64,000 bases of DNA from Bacillota bacterium. GTDB taxonomy: Bacteria; Bacillota; DTU025. The translations under genes were made by a program, and so were the position numbers. Below, piece by piece: positions 50,074 to 61,000 of this stretch. The DNA lies in NCBI GenBank assembly GCA_050951805.1, contig JBMNJT010000002.1:128001-192000 (forward strand), in the 5' to 3' direction. The notes under the pieces were generated by a model. That model did no database searches. It saw nothing but the letters and a program-made list of their open reading frames with translations, and was not told where the DNA came from. The stretch's first letter is position 1, and each line of letters starts with the position of its first letter.

Positions 50074-51357
50074 CTACATGTTGACAATAAGGCTTAAGTC
50101 TCCCGTCTTCGCAGCCTCGAGGATGGGCTTCATATACGTATCCACGGAGGATGCGTCCATCTTCACCGGCATGCTTTTCAGCTTCGACTCGAGCTGTGGG
50201 TCTTTTGCTGCCGCTAGGGCCCGGTCTATGTGAGAGTCGGTGAACCCTGGCAGCTCTCCTAGAGTGATTGGGAATCCGGCTTTTCTGCTGAAATCGATCA
50301 TGCCCTCGGCAACGGCGATTCCAAGGTCACGTCCGAAGAGTGTGTCGATATCGGCGGAAATGTAGCCGTAACGTCTGTATATGTCGCCCACTATCCGTAG
50401 CTGTCTTTCTATGGCCGGAGCGAAGAAGACGGTGTAATAGGGGTTCATTACTGCGCATGCCCGTCCGTGGGTAGTGATGTCCACCAGGGAGAAGCTCGTG
50501 AGATGTCCGCCGTTTGTGGCGCCGACCATGATTGCGTACCCGCCCAAGTCTGTTGCAAGTCCCAACGCTTCTCTGGGCTCGTCGGCCTCTGGGGCATCTA
50601 TGACTTTAGGGACACTGTCTACTATGAGCTCGATGCCGATTTCGGCTATCTCCTGTGCAAGCTCGTAGCTTTCGGGGCCTATGCCGTAGAAGACCTCAAG
50701 GCAATGGGAGAGCCCATCGAGGGCTCCGTCCAAGGTGACGTCCTGTGGAGCGCTCTTGGTGACCGTGTAGTCGAACACGGCGCGGTCGGGAGTAACTGCG
50801 TCGTCTATTATCAGTTTCTTCTGTCGTTCCAGGGTGTAGGTGACATTTGCATACTTGGTGAGATGCGCTCCTGAGCCTGAGGCTGTCTGAACTGCGATCA
50901 TGGGAAGAAGCTTGGCGCCTGTGCGCGACATCGCTTTGCTTACCAGCCCTACGCCTAAGTAGGCCTTGAGCTCTGGTTCGTATGGGCCCAGGCAGGCTGT
51001 AACGTTTGCGGCTTTCACTGCGTCAATGGTGCTTCCGCCGCCCACGGCCACCAGGCAGTCGGGCTTGAAATGCAGTATGTAAGTGGCTATTCGGTACACG
51101 TCTTCTACAGGCGAATTAGGTGCTGAGCCTGGAACGATGCGGCCTTCGGCAATGGAGACGTCGTTGGCCTCAAGAGATGATGTTACGGTGCTAAGTATTG
51201 GTGCAAGCCATGGGCTGTGGTTGGCTATCACAAGGACGTCCTTGCCGAACTGGGCTGCGAATGCCCCAACTTGATGCAATGAGTGGGAATAGGAATCTCC
51301 TTTGAATTCGTGCAGCAGTTTGCGGGCTCTGGTTTTCAGTTGCTCAGTTCGAGTCAT
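50074..51357 (-). CDS. Iron-containing alcohol dehydrogenase
   Basis: GGGSTIDAVKA, QTASGSGAH, DGLSHCLE, GGHL...HG; ATG at 51357 with SD GGAGGGG. Confidence 0.9.
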   Translation of the reverse strand: MTRTEQLKTRARKLLHEFKGDSYSHSLHQVGAFAAQFGKDVLVIANHSPWLAPILSTVTSSLEANDVSIAEGRIVPGSAPNSPVEDVYRIATYILHFKPDCLVAVGGGSTIDAVKAANVTACLGPYEPELKAYLGVGLVSKAMSRTGAKLLPMIAVQTASGSGAHLTKYANVTYTLERQKKLIIDDAVTPDRAVFDYTVTKSAPQDVTLDGALDGLSHCLEVFYGIGPESYELAQEIAEIGIELIVDSVPKVIDAPEADEPREALGLATDLGGYAIMVGATNGGHLTSFSLVDITTHGRACAVMNPYYTVFFAPAIERQLRIVGDIYRRYGYISADIDTLFGRDLGIAVAEGMIDFSRKAGFPITLGELPGFTDSHIDRALAAAKDPQLESKLKSMPVKMDASSVDTYMKPILEAAKTGDLSLIVNM

Positions 51358-51398
51358 GCATATCCCCCCTCCGTTTGCGTGTGTGCACTGTTTGTCTT

Positions 51399-52022
51399 CT
51401 ACCGGTCCGGGAGAGCCTTCGCGAATTTCCATAGCTCCTGCTTGCTCGTGGAGACCCCCAAAGCGCCGGTGGAAACTACGGCTTCCAGTTCCGGCACTGT
51501 CTCTACGAGTCCTCCTGCGATGAATGGCGATAGCTTCCTTACGGGCAGACGGTGGATGAGGCTTGGCAGGACGAGGGCCGGAAGGATCTCCACTGCGTCC
51601 GGACGAGAAGAGGAGACTATGTCGATTGCGGTTTTCAACGATTCGGAGTCAAGCAGGAAAAGACGTTGAATGGCTATCAATCCGGAGGCCTTCGCCGCCC
51701 TTATCAGATTGCTCCGTGTGGTGAGTATGCCGGAAATGCCTATCTCATCGGCTAGCCAGTCGATGCCTGCAGGGTCTTTTCCGATTCCCTGGATGAGATC
51801 GATATGGCAGAAGACAGCGATACCGTAGTCTCTGGCGCTATTGCACACATCTCGGAGGTCACGGATAGTGCCTGTGAGGAAAAACACCAGTTTCGCATCG
51901 CACTCTGCTGCAAGCTTTAATTCCTTTGCCTGCTTGAGGGCGGGTATCGCCGGGCGTCGCTTGAGATGGCGGAATATGAGGTTTGTGTCGGCTGCTGAGA
52001 TTCTCGGCTTGCTTCCCAGCAT
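51399..52022 (-). CDS. glpP: Glycerol-3-phosphate-responsive antiterminator
   Basis: HIDLIQG, GILTT, IQRLFLLDS, PDAVEILP, IAGGLV, GA..VSTS. Confidence 0.92.
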   Translation of the reverse strand: MLGSKPRISAADTNLIFRHLKRRPAIPALKQAKELKLAAECDAKLVFFLTGTIRDLRDVCNSARDYGIAVFCHIDLIQGIGKDPAGIDWLADEIGISGILTTRSNLIRAAKASGLIAIQRLFLLDSESLKTAIDIVSSSRPDAVEILPALVLPSLIHRLPVRKLSPFIAGGLVETVPELEAVVSTGALGVSTSKQELWKFAKALPDR

Positions 52023-52311
52023 GCACACCTCCTTTCATTTTGTGTTGCTCAGTCTTATCAGATATGAAAAGGGCGACCTTCGGCCTGCCTCAACGCAAAA
52101 CCTTCGACGCATGTAGGCGAAATCCTTTGAGCCCGGCTGCTCGTAAAAAAGGATATCTCCGGGTTGAGCTGGTATTTGTGAATATGTTGGATGGGTCAGG
52201 AAGATTGAGAGGGAAGACGCCAGACGAGTTGAAGTATACAAACACAGTGATGCAACGGGAAAATCCCGATGTAATGGAAGCTCCAGAGGATATACAGCGG
52301 GGGGGATTGAT

Positions 52312-53544
52312 ATGGGAAGAACGGTCTGTCCACCGGACGTGAAACAGAGGGCGAGCGGGGCGAAGGCCGTGTTGGTGTGGGCGGGACTACTAGCACTGAT
52401 TTTTGCGGCACTGGCGTTGCCCGTAGGGAGTCTTGCGGCTTCGTTCGATGCAAGTGGCGATGTCCGTATATATCTTGTTGATCCATCCGACGCAGAGCCG
52501 GCTTTTGCAATCGAGCATGATGGACTTGAGCTCATTGCCGAGTTCGGTTCCGATGAGAACAGCCTGTTTGTGGGGGCAGGCTCGCTCAGATGGGGGCCGG
52601 GCAGATCAGGGTCTTTGATGATGTCAGGAAGGGCGGAGCCTATGCCTTTAGTGGGGTATCACCTCAGCAGAGGCAATTCCGACTATGTTAGGTTCATCGG
52701 ACTCATGGAATCCGATGAGGCAAGAAGGCTTATAGGGCATAGGCTGGAATACACCCCCACCCCCGATGTTGTGCTGGGAGTAAGTGAAACCGCTGTGGTC
52801 TCGCAGAACGCGTCGAGGGCGCTTTATCTGCCGTTTCCCGGGTTTCCACTGTATGCATTGCAGCGTGTGGTGAGTCAGCAGGACCGGGCCCAGGACAGTC
52901 TGATCAATATCAACTTGGGGGCCGACTTCAGTCTGTTTTGGGACCTGATGTCGAGCGATTTTGCGAAATGGGGCGGCTTTGCGCCCCGCATGGAATTGTA
53001 CGGCGAGATCTTCATCGACGATGCGCAGGGGCACATACCCAACCGAGCCTACGTTCCTGACATGGTCGGCGGGTTGGTCGGCATCGACCTTCCCAAGCTG
53101 CCATGGAACTTGCGGTTCGGCGCCAACATCGAGTATGTAGCGATAGCAAATTTCGTCTATTCGCACAGAAACCCCAACAACGATTATGTATATCGAGGTG
53201 TCATGCTAGGGCATCCTTTGGGGCCTGATTCGGACATGCTTGTTCTCACTCTCTCTTACTGTCCCGATAAATGTGCGAAACTGACGCTTTCGGGTGCGGT
53301 GGAAAGGCATGGAGAGGGCAGGGCAGGGCAGTCATGGTCGCACCAGCACGAGCCGGAGGACTGGTTTCTTTCAGGGGTTGTGGAGACCTGTGCCAGGGCT
53401 GTGTTTGGGATAGAGCGAGAACTCGCCCCTATGGCGCGTCTTATGGGCAGCTTAGAATATGCGACCAAATCCAACAGCGGCAATGTATTGGGACAGTCGT
53501 CTGACGAGTGGAATATGAGGATAGGGGTGGGGGTCAAGCTTTAG
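52312..53544 (+). CDS. Capsule assembly Wzi-family outer-membrane protein
   Basis: WGPGRSGSLMMS, GHRLEY, LGVSET, LYGE.FIDD, LGHPLGPDSD; amphipathic beta C-terminus. Confidence 0.8.
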   Translation: MGRTVCPPDVKQRASGAKAVLVWAGLLALIFAALALPVGSLAASFDASGDVRIYLVDPSDAEPAFAIEHDGLELIAEFGSDENSLFVGAGSLRWGPGRSGSLMMSGRAEPMPLVGYHLSRGNSDYVRFIGLMESDEARRLIGHRLEYTPTPDVVLGVSETAVVSQNASRALYLPFPGFPLYALQRVVSQQDRAQDSLININLGADFSLFWDLMSSDFAKWGGFAPRMELYGEIFIDDAQGHIPNRAYVPDMVGGLVGIDLPKLPWNLRFGANIEYVAIANFVYSHRNPNNDYVYRGVMLGHPLGPDSDMLVLTLSYCPDKCAKLTLSGAVERHGEGRAGQSWSHQHEPEDWFLSGVVETCARAVFGIERELAPMARLMGSLEYATKSNSGNVLGQSSDEWNMRIGVGVKL

Positions 53545-53568
53545 GGGGCCCATCCGTGCAAGGGAAAA

Positions 53569-53587
53569 GGGGCGGGTGGTCCGCCCC
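53569..53587. terminator. GC hairpin between convergent genes
   Basis: AAAA-GGGGCGG-GTGGT-CCGCCCC. Confidence 0.6.
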
Positions 53588-53589
53588 CC

Positions 53590-54015
53590 CTAGAACGATA
53601 CCCTCATGCCGCATCTGAGTTTTCCGTAGTTTTTCGGAGACGGCATCCACTCGTATTCGGCGAATGCGGCTCCGAACTCCGCGCCGGCCAATACGTTCGG
53701 ATAAAATCGGCTGCTTTGGAGTTCGTAGCTGATCCCTGCCCCAACATACCCGGCGGTCAGCACGAAGATGGGGTTTTTGTACATGCAGATTGCGGAACCA
53801 GTGGTGTAGGCGCTATTGTGGCACATGTCGAAATTAAGAGCAAATCGCCATGTATCCGTAATGCGCATTCTGCAACCGAGGTTTATGCCGTCAACCACTA
53901 TCCACGATGCGTGTAGCGACTCGAGCTGCGGGGCGCATAGAGCGGATCCGGATGCGCACGTCAATATGAGGATGACTGTGGCTGATGTCAATAAAAGAAG
54001 AACTCGTCTATTCAT
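53590..54015 (-). CDS. Small secreted protein, possible beta-barrel OMP
   Basis: Signal peptide, alternating strands (GYVGAGISY), C-terminal GMRVSF ending in Phe. Confidence 0.6.
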   Translation of the reverse strand: MNRRVLLLLTSATVILILTCASGSALCAPQLESLHASWIVVDGINLGCRMRITDTWRFALNFDMCHNSAYTTGSAICMYKNPIFVLTAGYVGAGISYELQSSRFYPNVLAGAEFGAAFAEYEWMPSPKNYGKLRCGMRVSF

Positions 54016-54130
54016 TTCCTCACCTGTATATGACATAATGTTCAATGCATCCCCATATCAGGGGATATCATCTTACTGCGTAATTAGCCGAATGTACCAG
54101 GAATCCTCCTGATCAGTAGTTCGGCAACGG

Positions 54131-54604
54131 ATGGAGGATATTGGATTGAGGCGAAATTGCGATATGGGAGGTTCCCGAGGCTCGGCGTGGATATGGTGGG
54201 CTTTGGCGTTGGCATATCCCGCGTTCCTGCTTATTGCATCGGTGCGGCCTGAGTTCGGCGCTGAAGCAACCCGCGCCTTCATAGAGAAAATACTGCCACA
54301 CCTCGATCCAAGCCAGGTGCACGTGGTTGTGGTGGCTTTTCGCAAGGCATGTCACTTTCTTGGATACGGATTTTTCGCTATTGTGCTGGCTAACGCCATC
54401 CATACTCTGCGAAAAGGCGTGCGCCATAGGAAATGGGCGGTTGCCTCCTGTATAATCGCGGCTCTGATCGCCTTGGGAGTGGCTGTACTGGATGAACAGA
54501 TTCAATCGGTCGTTCCCCATAGGACGGGCGCGAGTAGGGATGTTGCCCTTGATTTTCTGGGAATCGTCGTTGGAATGTTGGTCAAGGTGGGCAGGGGGTT
54601 TTGA
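54131..54604 (+). CDS. VanZ-family membrane protein (start uncertain)
   Basis: RKACHFLGYG...DEQIQSVVPHRTGASRDVALD..G. Confidence 0.88.
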   Translation: MEDIGLRRNCDMGGSRGSAWIWWALALAYPAFLLIASVRPEFGAEATRAFIEKILPHLDPSQVHVVVVAFRKACHFLGYGFFAIVLANAIHTLRKGVRHRKWAVASCIIAALIALGVAVLDEQIQSVVPHRTGASRDVALDFLGIVVGMLVKVGRGF

Positions 54605-54634
54605 TCTTCCAAAGGCGCTTTGGGGGACGTGGTC

Positions 54635-55591
54635 ATGCTTTTTGTTGACGGTTTAGAGCGTCTAGGTAGGGATGAGAAGATCTGGCTGATGGCTCAGATC
54701 AACGCCTTGACAAGCGCGAACCTTGTAATGGACGGTGTTGAGAAAAGCGCCAGAGCCGTGAAAGACATCGCTGTCGATCAGGTTGCGCGTGCAACTAGGC
54801 GTGCCTTGCCATCGCGGTCTCCGAGAATAGAGGAGTGGCGGCAGGACTTCGATTGGGATCCTGAGGTAATCAACCGCAAGGTTGCGGCGGAGATTGAGGC
54901 GCTGTCGGAGCTTGCCGATGCACAGCTTGACTCGGAGCTTCATCTCCAATTGCGGCGCATAGCCAACGTGAATAGCGAGGCTGATTGCGATGAAATAGCG
55001 GAAGGTGTCATACTGAGGGCAGCACGTAGCCTGGGGATTAGTGTCGAGGAGTATGGGAGTTTGGAGGATGTGGAGGCCGCGGTATTTGTCGCCTGCGTGG
55101 CGAAGCAGATAGATCTCCTGCTTGAACTGGTTGGCGAGATGCAGGCAGATGAGGCGGAATCAGCAGCAGCCAAGCTCGGCGAGGAACTGGAAAGTCTGGC
55201 GCCGGATGAAATCGCGGCGGTGTGTGAGGCAATAGGGATCGAGTCCATTTCTGAGGAGGCGGTTGCGGCGGGCCTCAGGTTCTGCCGGGCTGTGCCAATG
55301 GCGCAGATGGTGTGCGATGATTTCGGTTACGCATCTACGAAGTTCCTTGTGAGCCTCGGCAAGGCGGTTGGGTTTGCTCTGGGATGCGCGTTCTTGCCGG
55401 GGGTAATTGGCGGAGTCGATAGGTTCATGGCGTGCGCGTTGTCGCCGTTTATAGCCGTTCTCTCGGGCAGGGCAGCGCTAGCCACGTCCGATCGAATGCT
55501 CTACGACGAGTTGGCTCGGTTTTTGATTGTTATAGGACACGGTGTGGTTATAGAGGACCGAAGGAACGATTGGAGGCAGGCATTATCATGA
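54635..55591 (+). CDS. Hypothetical protein
   Basis: Helical acidic ORF overlapping the next start (ATGA); family not recognised. Confidence 0.7.
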   Translation: MLFVDGLERLGRDEKIWLMAQINALTSANLVMDGVEKSARAVKDIAVDQVARATRRALPSRSPRIEEWRQDFDWDPEVINRKVAAEIEALSELADAQLDSELHLQLRRIANVNSEADCDEIAEGVILRAARSLGISVEEYGSLEDVEAAVFVACVAKQIDLLLELVGEMQADEAESAAAKLGEELESLAPDEIAAVCEAIGIESISEEAVAAGLRFCRAVPMAQMVCDDFGYASTKFLVSLGKAVGFALGCAFLPGVIGGVDRFMACALSPFIAVLSGRAALATSDRMLYDELARFLIVIGHGVVIEDRRNDWRQALS

Positions 55592-56616
55592 CAGCAAAGG
55601 AAATTAAACTGGTCGCGGCGATTATGCTTACACTTCTTGCTTTTTCAGCCGGGGTTGGCGCTGAGGAAGCTCAAACGACCTTTCTTGTGGTGACGCTGAA
55701 GGATGGCTCATCTGTGGTCTACAACATACCTGTTGACGGCGACAAGATAGACTCGGCGGCACTCGCTTTTTCCGATGTCGGGCTTCATGAGCTCGAGGGG
55801 AAGCACAATCTTGTTGCCTTGATCAATAATGAGCCGATCACGACAGGTGCTTTTTATGATGAGATATCGAACGTCGTGGGCTATCAGGCGCTTTCCTACA
55901 TCATTGATGAGACCCTTGTCAGGCAGGCAGCCAAGAGCGCGGGGATTACGGTGACACAGGCCGAGGTAGACCGTGAGTTCGAGATGGTGCGCGAGGCGAC
56001 GGGTTCTGACTTCGACGCTGTTCTAGCCCAATACGGCATGACGCAAGAGAGTTTTCGCAAGAGTCTAGAGATGAGTCTTCTGGTATTCAAGGTCTCTACG
56101 AAGGATGTGAAGGTGTCGGCAGAGGATATTGCCGAACATTACAACTCTCACATTGCGGACTACACGATTCCGGAGCAAGTGAGGGCGAGCCACATCCTTG
56201 TAGGCGCGGAGAAGGAAGCAGAAGAGATCCTGCAGTTGCTCGAGTCGGGGGCGGACTTCGGGGAACTTGCCAAGGAAAGGTCTGAGGACACGTATTCGGC
56301 CAAGGCCGGCGGTGACCTGGGCTATTTCCCCCGGGGGGCCATGGTGCCCGAGTTTGAACGGGCCGCATTCTCGACTCCGGTCGGGGAGACAAGCGGAATT
56401 GTGAAGTCACAGTATGGATACCATATTCTCCAGGTGACTGGGAAGATGGATGCCAGAACCATTCCCATGGAGGATGTTTGGGAGAGCATTGAGTGGGCGA
56501 TCAAGAGCAAATACGCTCTCGATTTCAAGCAGCTCGTTGCAGAGCTGAAGCGTGACAGCGCCATAATCGTGTTCGATCCCCGTTTCGCAGATCTTGGAAC
56601 GACGACGTTGCCATAG
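55588..56616 (+). CDS. Parvulin-type peptidyl-prolyl isomerase (PrsA/SurA-like)
   Basis: VRASHILV, FGELAKERSED, GGDLGYF, MVPEFERAAF, SQYGYHIL; SPase I-type signal with no lipobox Cys. Confidence 0.92.
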   Translation: MTAKEIKLVAAIMLTLLAFSAGVGAEEAQTTFLVVTLKDGSSVVYNIPVDGDKIDSAALAFSDVGLHELEGKHNLVALINNEPITTGAFYDEISNVVGYQALSYIIDETLVRQAAKSAGITVTQAEVDREFEMVREATGSDFDAVLAQYGMTQESFRKSLEMSLLVFKVSTKDVKVSAEDIAEHYNSHIADYTIPEQVRASHILVGAEKEAEEILQLLESGADFGELAKERSEDTYSAKAGGDLGYFPRGAMVPEFERAAFSTPVGETSGIVKSQYGYHILQVTGKMDARTIPMEDVWESIEWAIKSKYALDFKQLVAELKRDSAIIVFDPRFADLGTTTLP

Positions 56617-56732
56617 ACATTTTACGTCAGTTGGGTGCTGCCGTGGCCTTGGCAAGGCTGGGGCTGCATAGGGCGAATCGTCTAGCCATGTGCCGGAGGC
56701 CGTACACTAGCTTTCATATCCGAGGTGATTAC

Positions 56733-57458
56733 ATGATTAAGACTGTTATGTTCGACCTCGATGGCACTCTTGCACATTTCGAGTTCGAGGAGTTTTTCAG
56801 GGCGTATATAGAGAAGATCGTAGAGAGCCTGTCAGATGTTATGGAGCCAAAGGCTCTTACAGAGGCTCTGATGGCATCGGTCGAGGCGATGGTCTCGTGT
56901 GAAGATCCCGCCCTTACAAATCGGGATGTCTTTGTGGTCGACTTTTTCGGCAGGACAGGGCGATCGGAGGCCGAGCTGATGCCGCTGTTCGATGCTTTTT
57001 ACCTTGCTGAAGACGGGTTTCCTAGCATTAAGCAGATGCTAGGCGTCACGCCGCACCCTTCTGCCAGAGGCATGATAGAAAACCTGCTTGACAGGGGATA
57101 CGAAGTTGTGATCGCTACGAATCCGCTCTTTCCTCTGGTAGCCATTGAAGAGAGGATGCGTTGGGGCGACGTGGACGGTCTTCCTTATGCTCTTGTGACA
57201 TCGTATGAGACTTCACATTTCTGCAAACCTAATCTGAAGTATTACGAAGAGATACTTTCTGTTTTGGACAGATCCCCTGAAGAATGCTTGATGGTAGGGA
57301 ACGATACCTGGGAGGATCTTGTGGCAGGAGATCTTGGGATCACGACTTACCTGGTTGAGGACTACATCTTAGATCGTGATCCCGTAAGGCGAGATCCTGA
57401 CTTCAGGGGCAGTTTTGACGATCTTGTGGAGTTCCTCTCGGCGGAGGAGTTCCTGTAG
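56733..57458 (+). CDS. HAD-family hydrolase
   Basis: FDLDGTL, IATNP, CKP, MVGND..ED. Confidence 0.93.
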   Translation: MIKTVMFDLDGTLAHFEFEEFFRAYIEKIVESLSDVMEPKALTEALMASVEAMVSCEDPALTNRDVFVVDFFGRTGRSEAELMPLFDAFYLAEDGFPSIKQMLGVTPHPSARGMIENLLDRGYEVVIATNPLFPLVAIEERMRWGDVDGLPYALVTSYETSHFCKPNLKYYEEILSVLDRSPEECLMVGNDTWEDLVAGDLGITTYLVEDYILDRDPVRRDPDFRGSFDDLVEFLSAEEFL

Positions 57459-58060
57459 TGCATGTGTTGCTCGGGGCGCCATAATTGCCTAAACGGCCTG
57501 GCAGTTTTACCAATCCATGCACAAATGGAAGGAATTCGCCGCCCCAAGTAGAAACATTAGCGAGACCGGAGTCTGTCTAGTGAATGTGCGCTTGGTTTGT
57601 GGCATTGGTAGTGGCAAGATCAGTAGCAGCGAAGACAGTTGCGCTGACCGCGTTATCCAGCTTGCCTGGATTGGCCGTCCAGCTTGGTATCCAAACGAAC
57701 GCATCTTCTTGAGCAAAAGGGCTCTGCTTTTTTGAGCCTGGCGTCTTGCAACAGAGTTTTTTATGTGTGACAAGGCATCAACGAGATCTAGACGCCATGC
57801 GGGCCATTCAGGCACGTATCGCGGGTCACTTCCAGAGGGCCGCTGAGGGCACTGTGGCGAGTGACCTGTTCTTTATATTATCAAGCAGACAGATTCATGG
57901 AACGCCCGTTTGTTGAGTGAAAACTCAATGAGAGTTGAACGGATTGGAGGGGGCGATGCTTTCCTGCAAAATATGGGGAATAGATGCTGATCTGTGGTTG
58001 CTGGGTAGACGTAGTTTTTATCGTATGTGACATCGAAATAGAGGAGGATGCAATTTTGCA

Positions 58061-61000
58061 ATGAAGCGACATACTCGATGGCTGTTAGTCGTCACTGTGT
58101 TGGTTGCAGTGGCAGCCCTTGGCATTGGCTGGTCAGCCATGGCAAACGAACGTTCCGCGGTCGCGCTGGACCCTGAGCAATGGGCCCCTGCGTGGCAAGA
58201 GGGGGCGGAGGAGTTCGTGCCAGGCGAATACTTGGTGAGATTTGTTCCCGGGGTGCAAACTGTAGAAGCAGAAAACATCATGGGCAGATCGACTATGAGT
58301 ATTATCAAGGAGATCAAATTTGATCCCTGCAAAGCATTCCCGGAAGGGCTTACCCTCTATCACGTAAAAGTAGAGCCTGGTGTGGTATCTGCGGAGGCGG
58401 TATGTGCGCTGGAAGCAGATCCTAGGGTGGAATATGTGGAGCCTAACAGAAAGATATTTGCTGCTGAGACTGTGATTCCTGATGATGAATACTTCAATCT
58501 TCTGTGGGGCCTTCATAATATCGGACAAACCTTTATCGGAAATGTGTCCGGGGTTGAAGATGCAGACATAGATGCGCCTGAGGCCTGGGCGCACAGGCGG
58601 GAAGCGCCGGAGGTAATAGTCGCAGTCTTGGATGCCGACATACAGGTGGACCATCCCGACCTTGCTCCTCGCATGTTCATCAACGAAGGAGAGATTCCGG
58701 GAAACGGCATCGATGACGATGGCAATGGGTTCATTGACGACGTATGTGGCTGGGACTTCCACCACAACGACAACACGTTGTATGATGGGGAATCTCACCA
58801 CGGAACACATACATGCGGTACTATCGGGGCTGTGGGGAACAACGGAATAGGCGTTGTTGGTGTGGCATGGAATGTGAAGATTCTGCCTATCAAGTTCATA
58901 GGCCCTAGCGGCGGCAGCCTGGCTGACGCTGCAGCTGCGCTCGCTTATGCCAGGCAGATGGGCGCCACAATCACGAGCAACTCGTGGGGATACTCGGGCG
59001 GTCCGGACAAGGCTCTTGAGGATGCTTTTGCCGCGTCTGACATGCTTGCGATATGCGCGGCTGGGAACGTTGCAATGGACAATGACAGCAACCCAAACAA
59101 GAGCCATTATCCCTCCAGCTACCCGCTGGACAACATCATTGCGGTGGCAGCCACGGACTGCAATGACGAGCTCGCATACTTCTCCTGCATAGGCGCTACG
59201 ACTGTAGACCTCGCGGCTCCTGGGCATAGGATCCTGTCCACTGTCCCCGAGGAAATGTATGAGGTGCCATATGCATTCCTCAGCGGTACTTCGATGGCGA
59301 CTCCGCATGTTGCAGGTGCTGCTGCGCTCTTGATTGCGGAGTATGGAGACATGCCGCAATACCCTGGAGCTGAGGGGTATGTTGAGGGAGATATGACCAT
59401 CAAGGATCTCCTTCTTGCAACTGTTGACAAAAAACCGCAGCTCTATGGCAAGATGGTTTCTGGCGGCAGGCTGAATCTGCGCAATGCGCTGCTTCAGATG
59501 ATGCCTCCGGTAATTGAGTCAGTGGGTGTGGACTATACATACGGCACCCCGCCGCTCACGGTCAACTTCACCGCAAAGGTCGGTGCTCCGGAGAGTATTG
59601 CGAACATGTGGTGGGACTTTGCGGACGGTAGTGAGCTGTGTTATGAGCCCAATACAACTCACGTGTACGAGAACTCAGGCAGCTACAAGGCGACATTCCA
59701 CGCAGTGGACGTAAATGGGCTGGAGGCTACTGCCTCTGTAGCAGTGGCTGTTTTCGACGATTCTTATTTCGTTATGATAGATGACGACGGCGGAAACGCT
59801 GTTGACGAGTGGTATACCAACTCCCTTGACAGGCTGGGTTACAAGTGGGTGAAACTTGAGCCGCCTGTCACGTTGCCGACTGACATCACAAACCCTGTTA
59901 TCTGGTTCACGGCTAATGCAGCCAGGACCACCCTTACCGCCGAAGATCAGGCGTGGATCGGTGAGTATCTGGATAACGGCGGGAGGCTGTTCCTCTCGAG
60001 CCAGGGTGTAATCGATGACCTGGACATCGACCATCCGTTCATTCATGAGTATCTCCACGTGGCGAGTGTTAGGAAGAATGTCGGAGCCAAGCGCGTATTC
60101 GGTGTTCCTGGGGATCCAATGACTGATGGGTGGGACATAACAACTGAGCCTCTGTTTATGGACAGGAGCGACTCAATTATTCCAGACGATGTTGCTGTTC
60201 CGATACTTATCAACGATTCGGGACGGGCATGCGCTCTGAGATATGTCGGAGATAACGGTTCGAGGCTGATATTCTTCTCCTTCCCGTTTGAGTTCATCCC
60301 GGGAGGAGCAACTGACAGCGGGCCGGGTTCCGGTTCTGAGGACAGGCCTGCAGTGAAAGTGATGGATGCTATCGCCAAGTTCCTGACGGAGCCCGGCGTT
60401 GCGCAGGTGGAGGTTTCACCTTCCTCGCTGGAAGCTGTGATGGCTCATGGCACGACGAAGCAAGAGACGTTTACAATATCCAACAAGGGCGATTGCGATC
60501 TCTACTTCGATCTATCTGTTGCCATGCCTGTTCAGGCAGAGAAGAACGGCGGACCCGATGAATTCGGATACGTCTGGCAAGACAGCGATGACCCCAATGG
60601 GCCTGCAGTCGAATGGGTAGACATAACCGAAAAAGGCACGTTGGCTGTATTCGGCGATGACTACTACAAGGAACTCGATCTTCCGTTCGAATTCGACTTC
60701 TACGGGCAGAAGAAGAATAGCATTCTCATAAGCACCAATGGATACGTCACGTTTGGCTTAAGAGGCGCCGCCTCCAGCCATACGCCCATACCGGATGCTA
60801 CTGCTCCGAACGATATGATCGCTCTGTTCTGGGCTGACGTTAATGCCAGGGACGGCGGAGTCTACTACTGGCACGATGCTCGCAACGGCCGCTTCATAGT
60901 CTCATATGACGGCGTGCAGAAGCAGAATGAGGAGTATGAGCCTGAGGGTTCGTTCGACTTCCAAGTCCATCTGTACGAGGACGGTCGGATCGTGCTCCAA

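Noticed and set aside
57507-57815. 102-aa minus-strand ORF or ncRNA in the gap before the protease
   Set aside because: No recognisable motif, clear SD or RNA family signature.
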